Below, piece by piece: positions 1 to 10,743 of a stretch of 28,040 nt of DNA. Source of the stretch: a virus (taxonomy: Duplodnaviria > Caudoviricetes); IMG/VR virus record IMGVR_UViG_3300038427_000030, positions 1-28,040 of that record; one strand, 5' to 3'. The position numbers and the translations under genes are program-made. Each line of letters starts with the position of its first letter. Positions within the stretch are counted from its first letter, which is position 1. A model generated the notes under the pieces. That model did not search any database. It was given only the letters and a program-made list of their open reading frames with translations, and had not been told where the DNA came from.

Positions 1-334
1 GTATTCCAGAGTCACGACGGAGTTAGAGCCGCAAATCAGCCCTATCGTCGTTGCCCCTTCAATACTGAACAATCGCGGGAAACCCGCATTTAACAGCGTC
101 GAAGAGAGGCCCGTCTGTATGCTCGCGCCTGGTATCGTCGCAGCCGCCCCGATATTAACGTAAGTCGGAGATACCGACGGCGAGATCAAGACGTACGCGG
201 AGCCGGCCGGCGGTGTTGTCGGTGTTCGCTACGCTTGCCGCCAAGACTATGGCATTGACATAAGCCGACCGCATGAGGCCACCTGGCTCTACGATGTTTC
301 CGTTTTGGTCCACAATGCTTTTCAGTTGCTTCAT
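1..334 (-). pseudogene. Small beta-rich, probably virion-associated protein; frameshifted near 212-228 and truncated by the window edge
   Basis: AAGGAGG RBS precedes ATG at 334, giving MKQLKSIVDQNGNIVEPGGLMRSAYVNAIVLAASVANTD, but this frame stops near 155. The +1 frame reads TPPAGSAYVLISPSVSPTYVNIGAAATIPG...TTIGLICGSNSVVTLEY and is open to position 1. Not in the ORF track. Confidence 0.65.
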
Positions 335-343
335 AAACCCTCC

Positions 344-1621
344 TTATAGGTCCGGTAGTCCGTACTTCTTACCCTCTTTCATAACCTCTTCCAACGCCTC
401 AAATGTCGATTTATCGTAAGTCGCGCCTGGGCACTTAAAATTAGCCGCTGCCTCAAGACAATCGTATTCGGCTTCTTCAAGGGTGTTCCCGATACCAACA
501 CACTTTACGATGGTACACCCCACTTCCTTGATAGGTATTGTCCAAAACATGCCCTTTTGGTCGCGGCAAGCGGCTCGAAGGGCTATATGCTCAAAGTCTT
601 TGTCTTTCAATTCAATAGGCACAGATTCACAGTCAGCGCCGGACGCCTCAATACTCAACTCGGCAACATAGTCTGCGTTCCATTCCGGCTTTATCTCTGC
701 GCCGTCTGCCACCGCTTCGATGATCTTCCCAACATTCTTATATATCTTCATGATGCTGGCTACGGGCGGATTTCCGAAGCGCCTTGCGGGATCTGTAAAA
801 TGTGGTATTCTGTTCGCCCCCATGCGAATTTCCGTTGATATAGCACCATTCGTTTTATACTTCTTTTCAACGGGTGCCATGGCCGTAATAATTTTCTTAA
901 CAGGTATCGGCATTTTTTCGGTTTCAATATGAACAGCAAGATAGCCGTCACCTTTTAACTCCCACCCATAAAGGCTTTCCTGGTAATGGGTTCCGTTCGC
1001 CATAAATACGTCGTGTCCAAACTCTACGCCCGGTATCGGTCTTTCCCACATGAAGCCGACGTCATTCTTGCAGAAGGCACCGAGATCGTGGACAAGGGAA
1101 TAAAACCAGCCCTGTGTCTTTTCCCAGTTCTCATGATGGCGGGTTTCCATTATTCCTCGGTTTTCGGTATTCAGCTTTATCCATAAATCTTTTTCTTTCC
1201 GAAGCAAGGCTTCAAGTGCATCCGTACCTGTTACGGTACCCCAAACAGGTGTTGCCAGGCCCACGGATTTAAGTGTCTTCTTGAAGAGTATACGGTCAAA
1301 TTCCAGTTCTCCCGATTCACCAGAACCGAATACACGCCCCCCGGCAGCCCTCGCGGCCCTTTGTTCGTCTCCCATGCCAACGTCGGGGAATATAAATATT
1401 CCCTTGTCTTTTAGGATTTCCGCCTTGGCATCTTCATAGCTGTCAACTACGGTAATCCCCGGTATACCCTTGCCGATATACTGCATGTGCGGCTTTGGAA
1501 ATGCAGTCACCCATGGCACAGAATACATCACTTGCTTCACGTCATTTGCTATTGCCTGGCCAATACAGACGCCCAGGATGCCAAGATCCCGAATAAGCAC
1601 TTTTGTCTCAGATAGCTTCAT
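344..1621 (-). CDS. PurD (GAR synthetase)-like ATP-grasp ligase, substrate unknown (425 aa)
   Basis: Motifs parallel to PurD: VFGSGESGELEFDRILFKKTLKSVGLATP (cf. FGP..AA.LE.SK.F.K..M...GIPT), WIKL, WERPIPGVEF (cf. EE.L.G.E.S), FTDPARRFGNPP (cf. EFN.RFGDPE). Start moved from 1675 to ATG 1621, which has a GAAGGGGTG RBS. Confidence 0.8.
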   Translation of the reverse strand: MKLSETKVLIRDLGILGVCIGQAIANDVKQVMYSVPWVTAFPKPHMQYIGKGIPGITVVDSYEDAKAEILKDKGIFIFPDVGMGDEQRAARAAGGRVFGSGESGELEFDRILFKKTLKSVGLATPVWGTVTGTDALEALLRKEKDLWIKLNTENRGIMETRHHENWEKTQGWFYSLVHDLGAFCKNDVGFMWERPIPGVEFGHDVFMANGTHYQESLYGWELKGDGYLAVHIETEKMPIPVKKIITAMAPVEKKYKTNGAISTEIRMGANRIPHFTDPARRFGNPPVASIMKIYKNVGKIIEAVADGAEIKPEWNADYVAELSIEASGADCESVPIELKDKDFEHIALRAACRDQKGMFWTIPIKEVGCTIVKCVGIGNTLEEAEYDCLEAAANFKCPGATYDKSTFEALEEVMKEGKKYGLPDL

Positions 1622-1649
1622 TGACAAAACACCCCTTCCAGCATATAAT
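1621..1649 (+). promoter_or_regulatory. Consensus sigma70 promoter for the HNH gene
   Basis: TTGACA (1621-1626), 17-nt spacer, TATAAT (1644-1649); AAGGAG RBS at 1666-1671 before ATG 1681. Confidence 0.85.
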
Positions 1650-1680
1650 AGTGTAAATACTCGCCAAGGAGACACGTTTT

Positions 1681-2160
1681 ATGCCTACAGGCATTTATGA
1701 CCACAAGAAGGTCGCACCACTTCAAGAACGATTTAATAGGCTTGTTCAAGTTGCCACAGATAGCGGCTGTTGGTTGTGGCAGGGAGCTATTAATTCCGAT
1801 GGCTATGGAAATATGCGAGACGAAAACGGCAAAGTTGAATCTTCTCACCGCATAGCATGGAGAATTTTCAAGGGACAAATTCCTCCAAAAATGAGCGTCC
1901 TTCACAAGTGCGACAATCCCCCTTGCGTCAACCCCGATCATCTGTTTCTTGGTTTTCAGGTTGACAACAACATAGATTGCTATAAAAAGGGACGGCGCAA
2001 TAATAATGGCGTAAATAACCCGCGCTGCAAACTGACAAAAGAAACCGTAGATAAAATAAGGATTGATGGCAGGGTCAGCCATATTATTGCAAGCGAGTAC
2101 GGCATTTCTTCCAGCCATGTCAGAAGGCTTAAAAATGGTAAAGATTGGGCTAATCCTTAG
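1681..2160 (+). CDS. HNH homing endonuclease (HNH_3-like) with C-terminal helix-turn-helix
   Basis: CWLWQGA..DGYG, SHRIAW, VLHKCDNPPCVNPDHLFLG..DN motifs; C-terminal KLTKETVDKIR...IASEYGISSSHVRRL HTH. Confidence 0.93.
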   Translation: MPTGIYDHKKVAPLQERFNRLVQVATDSGCWLWQGAINSDGYGNMRDENGKVESSHRIAWRIFKGQIPPKMSVLHKCDNPPCVNPDHLFLGFQVDNNIDCYKKGRRNNNGVNNPRCKLTKETVDKIRIDGRVSHIIASEYGISSSHVRRLKNGKDWANP

Positions 2161-2165
2161 CTTCA

Positions 2166-2384
2166 TCATTTCACCTTTGGTTTAAGAACCGTGGCCTGGG
2201 CCGCGATATACTGGCTCCTGTTATTGTCGTCAATTTTCAACTGTATCCCGCCGACATAATCAATGTCGAATTTATCCCTGGCCTCATTAACAGCCGTAGC
2301 CAGTACCTCAACCGCCTCTTCGTAAGACCGGTCCTCGGATATTCCCGTAAAAACATAATACCCTGGTTTTGTATCTACTCTCAT
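2166..2384 (-). CDS. Small protein, DUF1737-like
   Basis: GGAGG RBS; pattern YYVFTG...LATAVNEA...YVGGIQL...YIAAQATVLK resembles the DUF1737 pattern L...VN.A...W...GG...QAMVK. Confidence 0.6.
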   Translation of the reverse strand: MRVDTKPGYYVFTGISEDRSYEEAVEVLATAVNEARDKFDIDYVGGIQLKIDDNNRSQYIAAQATVLKPKVK

Positions 2385-2394
2385 CGTGATCCTC

Positions 2395-5300
2395 CTATTC
2401 GTTTAGCACCTTCAAATATTTTTGCTTCTCTGCCTGGGTAATCTCCTTGTCGCCAGCTTTCTTCATTAATTTAGCTCTGAATATGGGTTTAAGTATCCTC
2501 TTTTCTTCGTCAGTGGCTTTTTCCTGAATGCCAACAGCTAAATCCTTTAGCTCCATATGCTTCGCATTTGAAACCATCTTGATGAGTCTGCCAACTTCGC
2601 CCACGTCTCCTTTTGCTATTGCGGAGATTGCGCTTTTTTCAATCTCTGTAATCTTGTGTTCCTGAACTGCATTGAAAAGCATCTTCCCGGCATTCCCTTC
2701 CGCTGCCTTCTCTCTTGCGAGCCGCTTTTCCAGCTTAACATTTCTCGGCACTTCCTCACGTAGGCCGGGGATTTGTAGCTTGGCAACATCGGCGGCCGTT
2801 GCGGGCTTGCGTTTGATTTCTTCGCCCGTCTCGTCTGTGTCCGTGGCCCTTGCGAGTTTCCCAACGTCCGGCGGCACGACCATGCTTGTTGCCAGTTCCG
2901 CGCCCGCTTTGGCCATTGATTCGGTATCTTTTAGTCCTTTTGCCAATCGTGACGGTTCTTCGAGAAATGGGATATTTGAGATAACGCCTTTAGTGGCTGC
3001 AATCGCACCTGCCAAAAGTCCGCCGCCCTTGAGCTTCTCCGCGTAACTGTTTTGAACCCTGTGGATAGTAGAACCGAGCTGCAATACTTCCAGCGCGGGA
3101 ATATGCAAGAACCAGTGCGGAAGCTCGACCCCGCCTATGCGGATACCGCCCCACTTCACGTCTCCCGCCTTTCTTCTTTCGCCCGGCTGGTAATAGCCGC
3201 CAATATCTTCATGGTTGTAATATCCGATAGCCAGGAGGGCCAATCCGATCAGCCCTTTGCTGAGTGACCGCCCGATATTGTCCGCCTGTTCCGGCGTGAT
3301 GTTTTTAAGGGCATCTTTATCGACCAGATACTTAATCACCTGGGCCGTGCCTTTCGGAACGCCGAAAGTATAGTCCATGGTTTCCAGCGCAAAGTTCGTT
3401 GGTACACGCACGATAGGAAGAAGCACTTTCGCAGCAGTGGTCATAACCTGCCCGCCGGTTCCCTTGCTGGCCATGTGCCGCAACGACATCTGATACCAAT
3501 CCGTGATAGCGTTCCTGTTCATCAGGATGGCCCTGTTTGCATCGTCGTAAGCCCTCCCGCACAAAGTCATTTGCACTACCGGGTCTGAAATATCCATACC
3601 TCTGTTGGCTGCCCACTGTGAGTTTTTTTCCAAAGACCGGAAAAACTCGGCACGTTTGGGCAATACCTTCAATGCGCCATGTAAATGTCCGAAAAAGTCA
3701 AGGGCTTCGGGTGGCAGATCGTTCCCCTGTTTCGGGCTGTAAAGAACGTCCAGTTGTCCTTTTCCTGTCTTGATTGTTTCCCACATATCTTCGGCTGTCT
3801 GCTTTTCCACAAACTGCCTAAATGCCTTCGCCTCTGCCTGTATATTAAGGCCGCCGCCATATCGCGGAGACTCGGCCATGATCTGCGAGTATCCGGGAAT
3901 CGCCGACCACAAGCCGCCCGCCAAATCCTCCGTTGGTGAAGTTGCAAACCTTGACAGCGCCGCATTGGTCAGTTTGGCGACTGTGGTCACGCTGGAAAGC
4001 AGCTCAAACCGCCGCCATTTCACTATGTATCGTTGCGCTTTTTCAATGCCTGTCTGATTTGCCAGCTTCAACTTCCAGACTTCCTCGTTGATGTTATTTT
4101 TTAGCCGCTCGGAATCGGCCTTCAGTTTCATGGCCTCCGGGTCAAGCGTTAATGTCTTTTTTGGGACTTTCGCAAAATCCTTATTCTTAAGCCTTTCTTC
4201 GAGTTCCGTAATCCTGTTTTTGGTTCGTGTCTTGTAAGACTGTAGTGCGATTTCTTCCGGTGTCCTCTTTGGCTTCGCTTCATCCTGCATGGCCTTGTAT
4301 ATTTCTTTCAGCTTGTCCCGCTTCTCGCGTAAGTCCTTAAGCTCCGGCGTTTCCGGCGTCGTACTCGGCTTCCTCTCCGGAAAGAGGTCTTTTTCTTTTA
4401 TCCTTCGCTCGTACTCCGCAATCGATTTCTGGACGGCAGCGGTCGCCACTTTGATCTTTTGCTCAGGCGACATTTCCGGCTTGCCTTCCATCTGTTCCAA
4501 AACATCTTTCAGTTTGTCGCGCTGGTCTTTTAATGCGTTCGCCTCTTCATCGTACTCAATGCCTATTTTCTTCGGGCTTTTCTCGCCGGTTTCAATCTGC
4601 TTGGTAAGGTCGGCAATCTGATTTCTCAGCCTGGTCTTGACGGCCTCAAGCGACGTCCGCCATTGCTCTTCGGGAGAACGGGCGTTCACGCTGTCAATGC
4701 CGCTTTCGCGCATGGCCTGTTTTACTTCCTTGCCAAGCCTTCGTACCTCGTCACTCAGCGGATCTCTTTGAGGGCCACTTCTTAAAGGAACCTGCCCGGC
4801 AACTGCGTCTTCGTATGCGGAAATAAGCCGCGCCTGGCGCCTCATTTCCCGTAATTGCGTTTCTATCTCGTCCCGACTTGGCATTGATGTCTTGCCGTAG
4901 CCGGAAATTGCGTCCCTGATGTCTCTTTTTGTAATGTCCGGGAAGTCGTCTTTTAGCTGGTCATGAATTTCACCGACCATATCCTCCACGGAAGCAACAC
5001 CCGCCATTATGCGATTTCTCGCCATCTGCGCGAGTACCACGACGGCTTGCGGGTCGAACATGAAATGAAGTGTAGTGGGCGAAAGAATCTCATTAAGATT
5101 TTTTACTAAGTTCCCAAATTCGGCATCCAACTCTTTTTTTGCAACGATCTTGCGTTCGCGGGCCTGGCCTAAATGCTTTTTTACTGCGCTTTCTTTTTTC
5201 AGTTCCCGCAGCGCTTCATCGGCTGCACGTTGCGAAGCCTCTTCGTCGTACTTCTGTATCTTCTGGTTGGCCTCTTCCAGTTTCTTGGTCAGCTCTTCGA

Positions 5301-8300
5301 TCTTTGCCCTGGTTTCTTCCGCTATTGGCTGCCCGGCGTTCGCCACTCTCGCCCGCTGCAAATTCCTTGCGAGAGAATAGTCGTCCATAATCATCATTCT
5401 TCGGGCAGCGAGCCCCAGGCCTTGCTCATATCCTGTACGTCGTGCGGCTTCATCGTTCGTGTTGATGTCGTCCTCAACCTTGGCGAGCTTCAAGCGCAGT
5501 TCCGTTTCCGCAATATCGTCACGCTTTTGCATTGCGTCTTCGATTGAGTCCATTAGCGCATGGTGGTCGTTCTGGAGCCTCATGCGGTCATATATGAGCA
5601 TTACGGATTCTTCGGCGGATAAAGCGCGGGGTTTTTTTGCCAGCTCTTCGGCCATGATCCGGGGATCGCGCTCACCGGAGTCAACAAGGCGCTTGCCTTC
5701 GTTAAACGCAGCTCCAAAACTTCTCTTGGCCTCCACTTCAACTTCGGATAATCCCTTGGTTTCGCGTTCTTCCAACGTGACGGCGTTCTTTATGCCTGTG
5801 GTGCGAGGCTCGGCGGCGCGGGGTTCTGCGGGTGCAGGTTCCGGCGTTTTTATAGCTTCTGCAATCTCCGGTTTGATCTCTGCCAGCTTTGAAATCTTTT
5901 CAAAAATAGCCGGTGCATCGGTAGTAATTTTAGCCTTATCCTCAATCGCCTTTTCCATGATGAGCTGCGAATAGCTCTTGCCGGTTCGCTTGTGCATAGT
6001 GTAAATATTCGCTGCACCTTTGGGCGTTTCCCACTTCAAACCCTCGGCTTCTTTTTTCATAGTCTCATCTGCAAAAACGTCCCTGGCCAGCTCCGGCACA
6101 TGGGGCGTCGTGCGCTTGACTTCACCTTCTGTTTCCGGTGGTTTGAAGTCTCCGCGCATCCTGTCGGCGTAGTCGGCCATAGCCTTAACTGCGGAACGTT
6201 CTGCTTTTCTAAAATCCTTAAAGAATTGACGGGTCTGAAAAACAAGGCCATCAAGCTTGGCGAGTAGTCTTATGAGCGCATCATAGACTTTCCTGAAAAT
6301 GCCCGGTTTTTTGCTTATCAAATTTTCCCAAAACTCAGGCTCTACAAATTGCCGCCCAATGTAATCCGCCGCATATTCTTCCATTGTTTCATCGTCTGTT
6401 AATTCCCTCCCATAAGTTTTCTCGTATTCTGCTCTGCGCTCTTTAAAATGCTCCGTGGCCTCAACATGAGACACAAAGCCGTCATAAATATCGGGTGCAT
6501 CATACCGGAGAGCGTGTAGTAATTCGTGTCCCAAAATCACCATGTGTGGGTCTGTTGCCGTCGCATTAAGATAGATCGCCGTAGCGTCTGCCGAAACAAA
6601 ATACCCAGGCAGCGCCCGTAAATCTTCTCCCTCAACCTGAAAAACCATGATCTTTTTCTGAAAAATGCTTCCCAGTTTTCCCAAGTCGTCCATGCGATTT
6701 CGTTTCCATAGACGTAAATTTTCGGGCGCAATTTTTCGACCAAGCGTCGCGCCAATGATGGCTGTGACATCTGCCAATGCTTTTGCATCCGTGATGCGGA
6801 CAGATATAGATGGGGTTGCATCTCCTGTTGCCTCCTCTAATTTGTATGGTGCTTTTTCGCCTTCATCGGTGGGGTATCTTTTCGCATAAACTTTCCCGCT
6901 CGCCATGTCCATCTGGACATCAGCGCCGGGTTCAATTACTGCGTCTTTGGGGATTTCCTGCCATTCGGAGGTCAGCGGAAACAGTTCTCCGCTCTTAGTT
7001 TGGGATTCTTCCGGCAGTCTTTCAAATTTCGCTTCGGGGTTTACAAGACTAAGGGTGTTGTCTACTCCGGGGAGTGCGGCTGTTTCTTCTGTGACAGTTG
7101 CTTTTGTGGCTTGCTTTTCTTCGGCGGGTTCTATGAATGAGCCGAAATAATCATTCAGCTCTCGTTCTGCGGCGTCGATGCTTGCGGGATCAAGCCCTTG
7201 CGCCTGAGCCTCGTCAAGAAGCCAGCCGCTAAGATGTTCCGGGCTTTCTTGTATTGTTCCGCTTTCGACTTTTTCAGACTCAAGTTTGGCTTTTGTCCAC
7301 TCATTAGGATCACCATTTCCTATTTCTTTTTCGTACTGAGCTATTATACCACGATATTCCCCAATTGCAACCTCTTTTTCGCCTCTACGCACAATTTCAT
7401 TATAAATGGCCTGTTGCCGTCCGGTCAGCGCCTTCCCGTCCAGTTTCTTGTTGATGATATTGATAGTATCCTTCGCGGATATGCTCTCAACCTTGCCGGT
7501 GGGAGACGTCTTCTTACTGCCAAAATCCTTAACCATAGCGGAAAACCAGGGCGGATAAGCCGACCCAGCGTAAATGGCCTCGTCCGTCACCTGATCTATA
7601 CCTATCTGCCCGCCAGCTTGTCCCGCCTGGAGCCGCGATCTCGCATCATAAAGGAAAAACTCGATGTCCGGCGCAACATTTCCGGGGATTTCTCCGGGTT
7701 CAAGTTCCTTGCCTTCCGCCTCCAGCTTGTCGGCCCATTTCTGCTTTGCCTCTTCCATCAGGGCAATCATGTCTACAGGCTCACCCTTTGCCCTTCTGTA
7801 TGCCGACTGTCTCTCAATATGATTGGTGAGGAACGAAACCCTTTCCCCTCCGCGTGGCTCAGTGGGCCTCACGGCTTCGGCTTTCGGCTCCACAAAATAT
7901 CTGCCTTCGCGGGGAGCGATGTCGTAATCCGCGAGCTCCAGTTTTCGATTTGAGATTGCCGCTACTGCCTCATCCTCTGTGGCATAGCCTTTATCGTCAA
8001 ATTTGGGGGCTGGTGTAACTAAGCGAGGGCCAACTTCGCCGGTTGCCCTTAATCTTCCCCTCGGTGTCGCCGCCCATATGGTATCGCCTTCTTTTCCTTC
8101 TTGCTGAGGCACCATATCAGGGTATTCTTTCATCACTTCCGGCGGTACGGGTTTGCCTTCGTCAATCGCCTTTTGAACAATAGATTCATGTTCGTCTGCT
8201 ATTTTTTCAATCAAGTCCATATTTGAGGACCACTCTTCATGTGGAAATCCCACCAACGCAGTCCCGTATTCTATCGGGGTCATTTTCCATGCTTCTTTGC

Positions 8301-10743
8301 CGCCTTTCTTCTCGGCCTCCAGTTCATGCAAGCCCCTTTCCATTTCGTCATAGTGTGCCTTTTTAATTTTATGCCTCGGCATGCCGAGTTCTTTTGCCAG
8401 TTGAGTTATCTTCTTATCAACCTGGTGTGGAAGTAATCGAATCACGTTTGCGGCTGCGCCTTCTTTCGCCTTTTCTTCCGTGACTTCCCCGCCTTCCGGT
8501 ACGCGATCGCTTGCGCTTGCTCCGGCGGCTTCCCCGAGTTTATCAGTTCCTCGATGTTCTTCGAGATCGTCCGGTTTGATTTCCCCTGTTGCAACGGCAT
8601 CTTCTATTACCTCCTTTTTGGCTGCTGCCAAATCTTGTGCATGTAATTCCGCCCCTTTTCCTGCTTCCTCCTGCCATTTCTTATAGGTTTCGGGGTCGTT
8701 TTCCTTCAACCATGTCTCAGCCTGTTCTCTTGTGAGAAAATTCCCATCGGGGTCAACAAAACCCCTTTCGTGGGCTGCATCGGGCGGAATCTCGTTCTCT
8801 TTCATTAATTCGGGGTGCGTTCCGCCTACTTCCCCATCGAACTGCTTCCCCTGGTACATGACAGAAGGGCGTAACGCCGGGGCAAATCCTGTTTCTGCTG
8901 GCTGTTCTCGTTTTGGGAGTCCTTTTCCTGCGACGACCCCCTCCGGTTCTTCCGGTTTAACACTGACAATCGGCTCACTAATAGGCTCCTTTTCTGCCCC
9001 TCCTGCTTTAGCCACAGGGCCAGGCTTGGCTTCTGTTTTTGCCGACGGCTCTTCCTTCACCGGTTCGGCTTCTGAAGGCTCTACGGGCTTTTCTGCCGCT
9101 TTCCCCTTCCCTTCCCTGTGTTCCTTAAAGCCCTTTGCGGCTTTCCGGAGATCCTTAGCAGACGGTTTTTTTATTCCGGCCTGTTTAAGCCCCAAGTTTA
9201 TTGTATAGTCAGCCATTATGTCGGCTTCGCCTTTAGTCACCGCACCATCATGGCCCTTATAAAACATATCCGAAAGATCGCTTTTGAGCTTTATATAGGC
9301 GCCGGCCCTGGTATATGGCGTCATTTTTATCAGGGCATCAACACCGTGGCCGGCTGCGGTCATTATTGCACCGAAAGCAGCGGTATTAAGTGCGCCTTCT
9401 GATAGGGTTTCCCCTTCCTTAAAGACGGTTTTGCCTTCTGTTTTGGTATATCTCGCTACAAGATCATCCCGTTGCGCGAGTAATTCCTTGATATGACGTT
9501 CCCCGATCGTAGCGTCAATCTGGTCGACCTGGCCTTTGGAAGTCGCGGTCATGGTATTAAGTTGATTGACCAGGGCGTTATGTTGCCGGATGAGGGCGTT
9601 CTTTTCTTCCGGAGTACGAGCGGCCTTAATCTTATCTTTCAGATCGTCGAGCTGGGCCTTCATCTGATTACCGGCCTCGTTATGCTTCGCAATCAGTTCA
9701 TTCCGCTGTTTTATAAGGTCCTCGGCCTTGCTGCCTTTGAGCTTTTTATCGACGTCCTGTATCTTCTTTTCGAGATTCCGCTGTTCCTCGAGGGCTTCTT
9801 CTGTCAATTCCGTTCGGCCAGGCTCACGCGGGAAGGCAGCACCGACAACACCGCCGGCCGCTGTCTGAACGCCTATCTGTTCAATCGTGGATAGTTGCCG
9901 TAAGGCTGTGGCTCCGGCCTCGCTGCCAGATACTACTGCCCCTGTCCTTGCTGCATGGGCCATCCGGAGCGCATTTATGCCCTTAGTAATATTGCTTGAA
10001 ATTGCTGTCCAGGGTCCGCCTACTGCCGTCATTTCAGCGGATAGGCCAATGTACGGGTTTTCGGCTATATCTTTTGATACTCCGTAATCTTCTTGAAGGG
10101 TTTTACCCATGGGCGTAGTTACTTTGGCCTTTTTAGAAGTAAATGGTATTCCCACTTGACCGGTTTCGGGGTCCACTATCCCCAGGGTCATGCCTTTAAT
10201 AATACCGCCGCGCACCTTTTCAGTAACGCCGTAAACGTCTTTGGCCCATTGTTCTACATACGGGGCCACGTCTTTAATAGTTTGAAACGCCCTCATCAAT
10301 GGCCCCTCTGCCGGCTTCGCCTGGGCGTCGGTGATCTCCTTTGTCTTTGCGGCCATGGCCGTATCAATGTCCGGCGCCATTTCTTTTCCGGCCGGTTTTC
10401 CCCATGTGCCGGCTTGTATCTGCCGATTCTGTTCCTCGGCCATTTCCCGATATGCTGCGGGCACCTGGGAAACATCTACCAGTTTCGGCTTTGGCCGTGA
10501 TTCCGCTGGGGCTCCTGGCGCGGCTGCCGGCTTCGGCTTCTCTTCGCCGGCGATATAGTGCGTGAATCTCTCCCACAGGGTAGGCTTCTTAGCCGGTTTA
10601 AGAGATTCCGGTTTTTCACCGAGATTCCTTAACTCTTTTATGATTGTATCGTCGGCATCAATGCGTTCTTTGGCAGTTGTTTCTACTGGCACCTTCCCGC
10701 CAAGAGATTGCAATTCATCAAATATAGGGTCTGCCGTTGCCAT
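2395..10743 (-). CDS. Giant internal virion/ejection protein (2782 aa), polyvalent-type, with a zincin metallopeptidase-like domain
   Basis: Last of the internal-protein cluster. Has Ala/Gly hydrophobic helices, coiled coils, an acidic Pro-rich linker, the HExxH motif GHELLH (6514-6528) followed by EEYAAD, and a C-terminal hydrophobic helix [13 protein letters not shown]. Confidence 0.8.
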   Translation of the reverse strand: MATADPIFDELQSLGGKVPVETTAKERIDADDTIIKELRNLGEKPESLKPAKKPTLWERFTHYIAGEEKPKPAAAPGAPAESRPKPKLVDVSQVPAAYREMAEEQNRQIQAGTWGKPAGKEMAPDIDTAMAAKTKEITDAQAKPAEGPLMRAFQTIKDVAPYVEQWAKDVYGVTEKVRGGIIKGMTLGIVDPETGQVGIPFTSKKAKVTTPMGKTLQEDYGVSKDIAENPYIGLSAEMTAVGGPWTAISSNITKGINALRMAHAARTGAVVSGSEAGATALRQLSTIEQIGVQTAAGGVVGAAFPREPGRTELTEEALEEQRNLEKKIQDVDKKLKGSKAEDLIKQRNELIAKHNEAGNQMKAQLDDLKDKIKAARTPEEKNALIRQHNALVNQLNTMTATSKGQVDQIDATIGERHIKELLAQRDDLVARYTKTEGKTVFKEGETLSEGALNTAAFGAIMTAAGHGVDALIKMTPYTRAGAYIKLKSDLSDMFYKGHDGAVTKGEADIMADYTINLGLKQAGIKKPSAKDLRKAAKGFKEHREGKGKAAEKPVEPSEAEPVKEEPSAKTEAKPGPVAKAGGAEKEPISEPIVSVKPEEPEGVVAGKGLPKREQPAETGFAPALRPSVMYQGKQFDGEVGGTHPELMKENEIPPDAAHERGFVDPDGNFLTREQAETWLKENDPETYKKWQEEAGKGAELHAQDLAAAKKEVIEDAVATGEIKPDDLEEHRGTDKLGEAAGASASDRVPEGGEVTEEKAKEGAAANVIRLLPHQVDKKITQLAKELGMPRHKIKKAHYDEMERGLHELEAEKKGGKEAWKMTPIEYGTALVGFPHEEWSSNMDLIEKIADEHESIVQKAIDEGKPVPPEVMKEYPDMVPQQEGKEGDTIWAATPRGRLRATGEVGPRLVTPAPKFDDKGYATEDEAVAAISNRKLELADYDIAPREGRYFVEPKAEAVRPTEPRGGERVSFLTNHIERQSAYRRAKGEPVDMIALMEEAKQKWADKLEAEGKELEPGEIPGNVAPDIEFFLYDARSRLQAGQAGGQIGIDQVTDEAIYAGSAYPPWFSAMVKDFGSKKTSPTGKVESISAKDTINIINKKLDGKALTGRQQAIYNEIVRRGEKEVAIGEYRGIIAQYEKEIGNGDPNEWTKAKLESEKVESGTIQESPEHLSGWLLDEAQAQGLDPASIDAAERELNDYFGSFIEPAEEKQATKATVTEETAALPGVDNTLSLVNPEAKFERLPEESQTKSGELFPLTSEWQEIPKDAVIEPGADVQMDMASGKVYAKRYPTDEGEKAPYKLEEATGDATPSISVRITDAKALADVTAIIGATLGRKIAPENLRLWKRNRMDDLGKLGSIFQKKIMVFQVEGEDLRALPGYFVSADATAIYLNATATDPHMVILGHELLHALRYDAPDIYDGFVSHVEATEHFKERRAEYEKTYGRELTDDETMEEYAADYIGRQFVEPEFWENLISKKPGIFRKVYDALIRLLAKLDGLVFQTRQFFKDFRKAERSAVKAMADYADRMRGDFKPPETEGEVKRTTPHVPELARDVFADETMKKEAEGLKWETPKGAANIYTMHKRTGKSYSQLIMEKAIEDKAKITTDAPAIFEKISKLAEIKPEIAEAIKTPEPAPAEPRAAEPRTTGIKNAVTLEERETKGLSEVEVEAKRSFGAAFNEGKRLVDSGERDPRIMAEELAKKPRALSAEESVMLIYDRMRLQNDHHALMDSIEDAMQKRDDIAETELRLKLAKVEDDINTNDEAARRTGYEQGLGLAARRMMIMDDYSLARNLQRARVANAGQPIAEETRAKIEELTKKLEEANQKIQKYDEEASQRAADEALRELKKESAVKKHLGQARERKIVAKKELDAEFGNLVKNLNEILSPTTLHFMFDPQAVVVLAQMARNRIMAGVASVEDMVGEIHDQLKDDFPDITKRDIRDAISGYGKTSMPSRDEIETQLREMRRQARLISAYEDAVAGQVPLRSGPQRDPLSDEVRRLGKEVKQAMRESGIDSVNARSPEEQWRTSLEAVKTRLRNQIADLTKQIETGEKSPKKIGIEYDEEANALKDQRDKLKDVLEQMEGKPEMSPEQKIKVATAAVQKSIAEYERRIKEKDLFPERKPSTTPETPELKDLREKRDKLKEIYKAMQDEAKPKRTPEEIALQSYKTRTKNRITELEERLKNKDFAKVPKKTLTLDPEAMKLKADSERLKNNINEEVWKLKLANQTGIEKAQRYIVKWRRFELLSSVTTVAKLTNAALSRFATSPTEDLAGGLWSAIPGYSQIMAESPRYGGGLNIQAEAKAFRQFVEKQTAEDMWETIKTGKGQLDVLYSPKQGNDLPPEALDFFGHLHGALKVLPKRAEFFRSLEKNSQWAANRGMDISDPVVQMTLCGRAYDDANRAILMNRNAITDWYQMSLRHMASKGTGGQVMTTAAKVLLPIVRVPTNFALETMDYTFGVPKGTAQVIKYLVDKDALKNITPEQADNIGRSLSKGLIGLALLAIGYYNHEDIGGYYQPGERRKAGDVKWGGIRIGGVELPHWFLHIPALEVLQLGSTIHRVQNSYAEKLKGGGLLAGAIAATKGVISNIPFLEEPSRLAKGLKDTESMAKAGAELATSMVVPPDVGKLARATDTDETGEEIKRKPATAADVAKLQIPGLREEVPRNVKLEKRLAREKAAEGNAGKMLFNAVQEHKITEIEKSAISAIAKGDVGEVGRLIKMVSNAKHMELKDLAVGIQEKATDEEKRILKPIFRAKLMKKAGDKEITQAEKQKYLKVLNE
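4090..4680 (-). repeat. Three degenerate ~65-70-aa helical repeats within the giant protein
   Basis: [28 protein letters not shown] / [24 protein letters not shown] / [25 protein letters not shown], each followed by a ..LK..RDKLK-like helix. Confidence 0.55.

Larger units (their letters stand above)
1613..2166. mobile_element. Inverted HNH endonuclease cassette flanked by 9-bp direct repeats TAGCTTCAT
   Basis: TAGCTTCAT at 1613-1621 and 2158-2166. The insert carries a promoter, RBS and HNH gene opposite to the operon and looks more AT-rich than its flanks. Confidence 0.75.
1618..2166 (-). other. Antisense bridging ORF (182 aa) spanning the whole HNH cassette
   Basis: Starts in a TGATG overlap with the stop of the 72-aa gene and ends in an ATGA overlap with the ATP-grasp start. 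The product resembles no recognisable protein. Confidence 0.4.

Noticed and set aside
344-1675. Annotation as a true purD auxiliary metabolic gene, and the 1675 start
   Set aside because: PurD substrate-binding loops are missing. The first 18 codons lie inside the HNH cassette, and ATG 1621 has the RBS.
1622-2157. Group I intron or IS element
   Set aside because: The ORF is antisense to the operon and fills nearly all of the insert, leaving no room for a ribozyme core. There is no transposase and no terminal inverted repeats.
2395-10743. Tape measure protein, virion RNA polymerase or DarB
   Set aside because: No tail tube or chaperone genes nearby, and no recognisable RNAP, methyltransferase or SNF2 helicase motifs.
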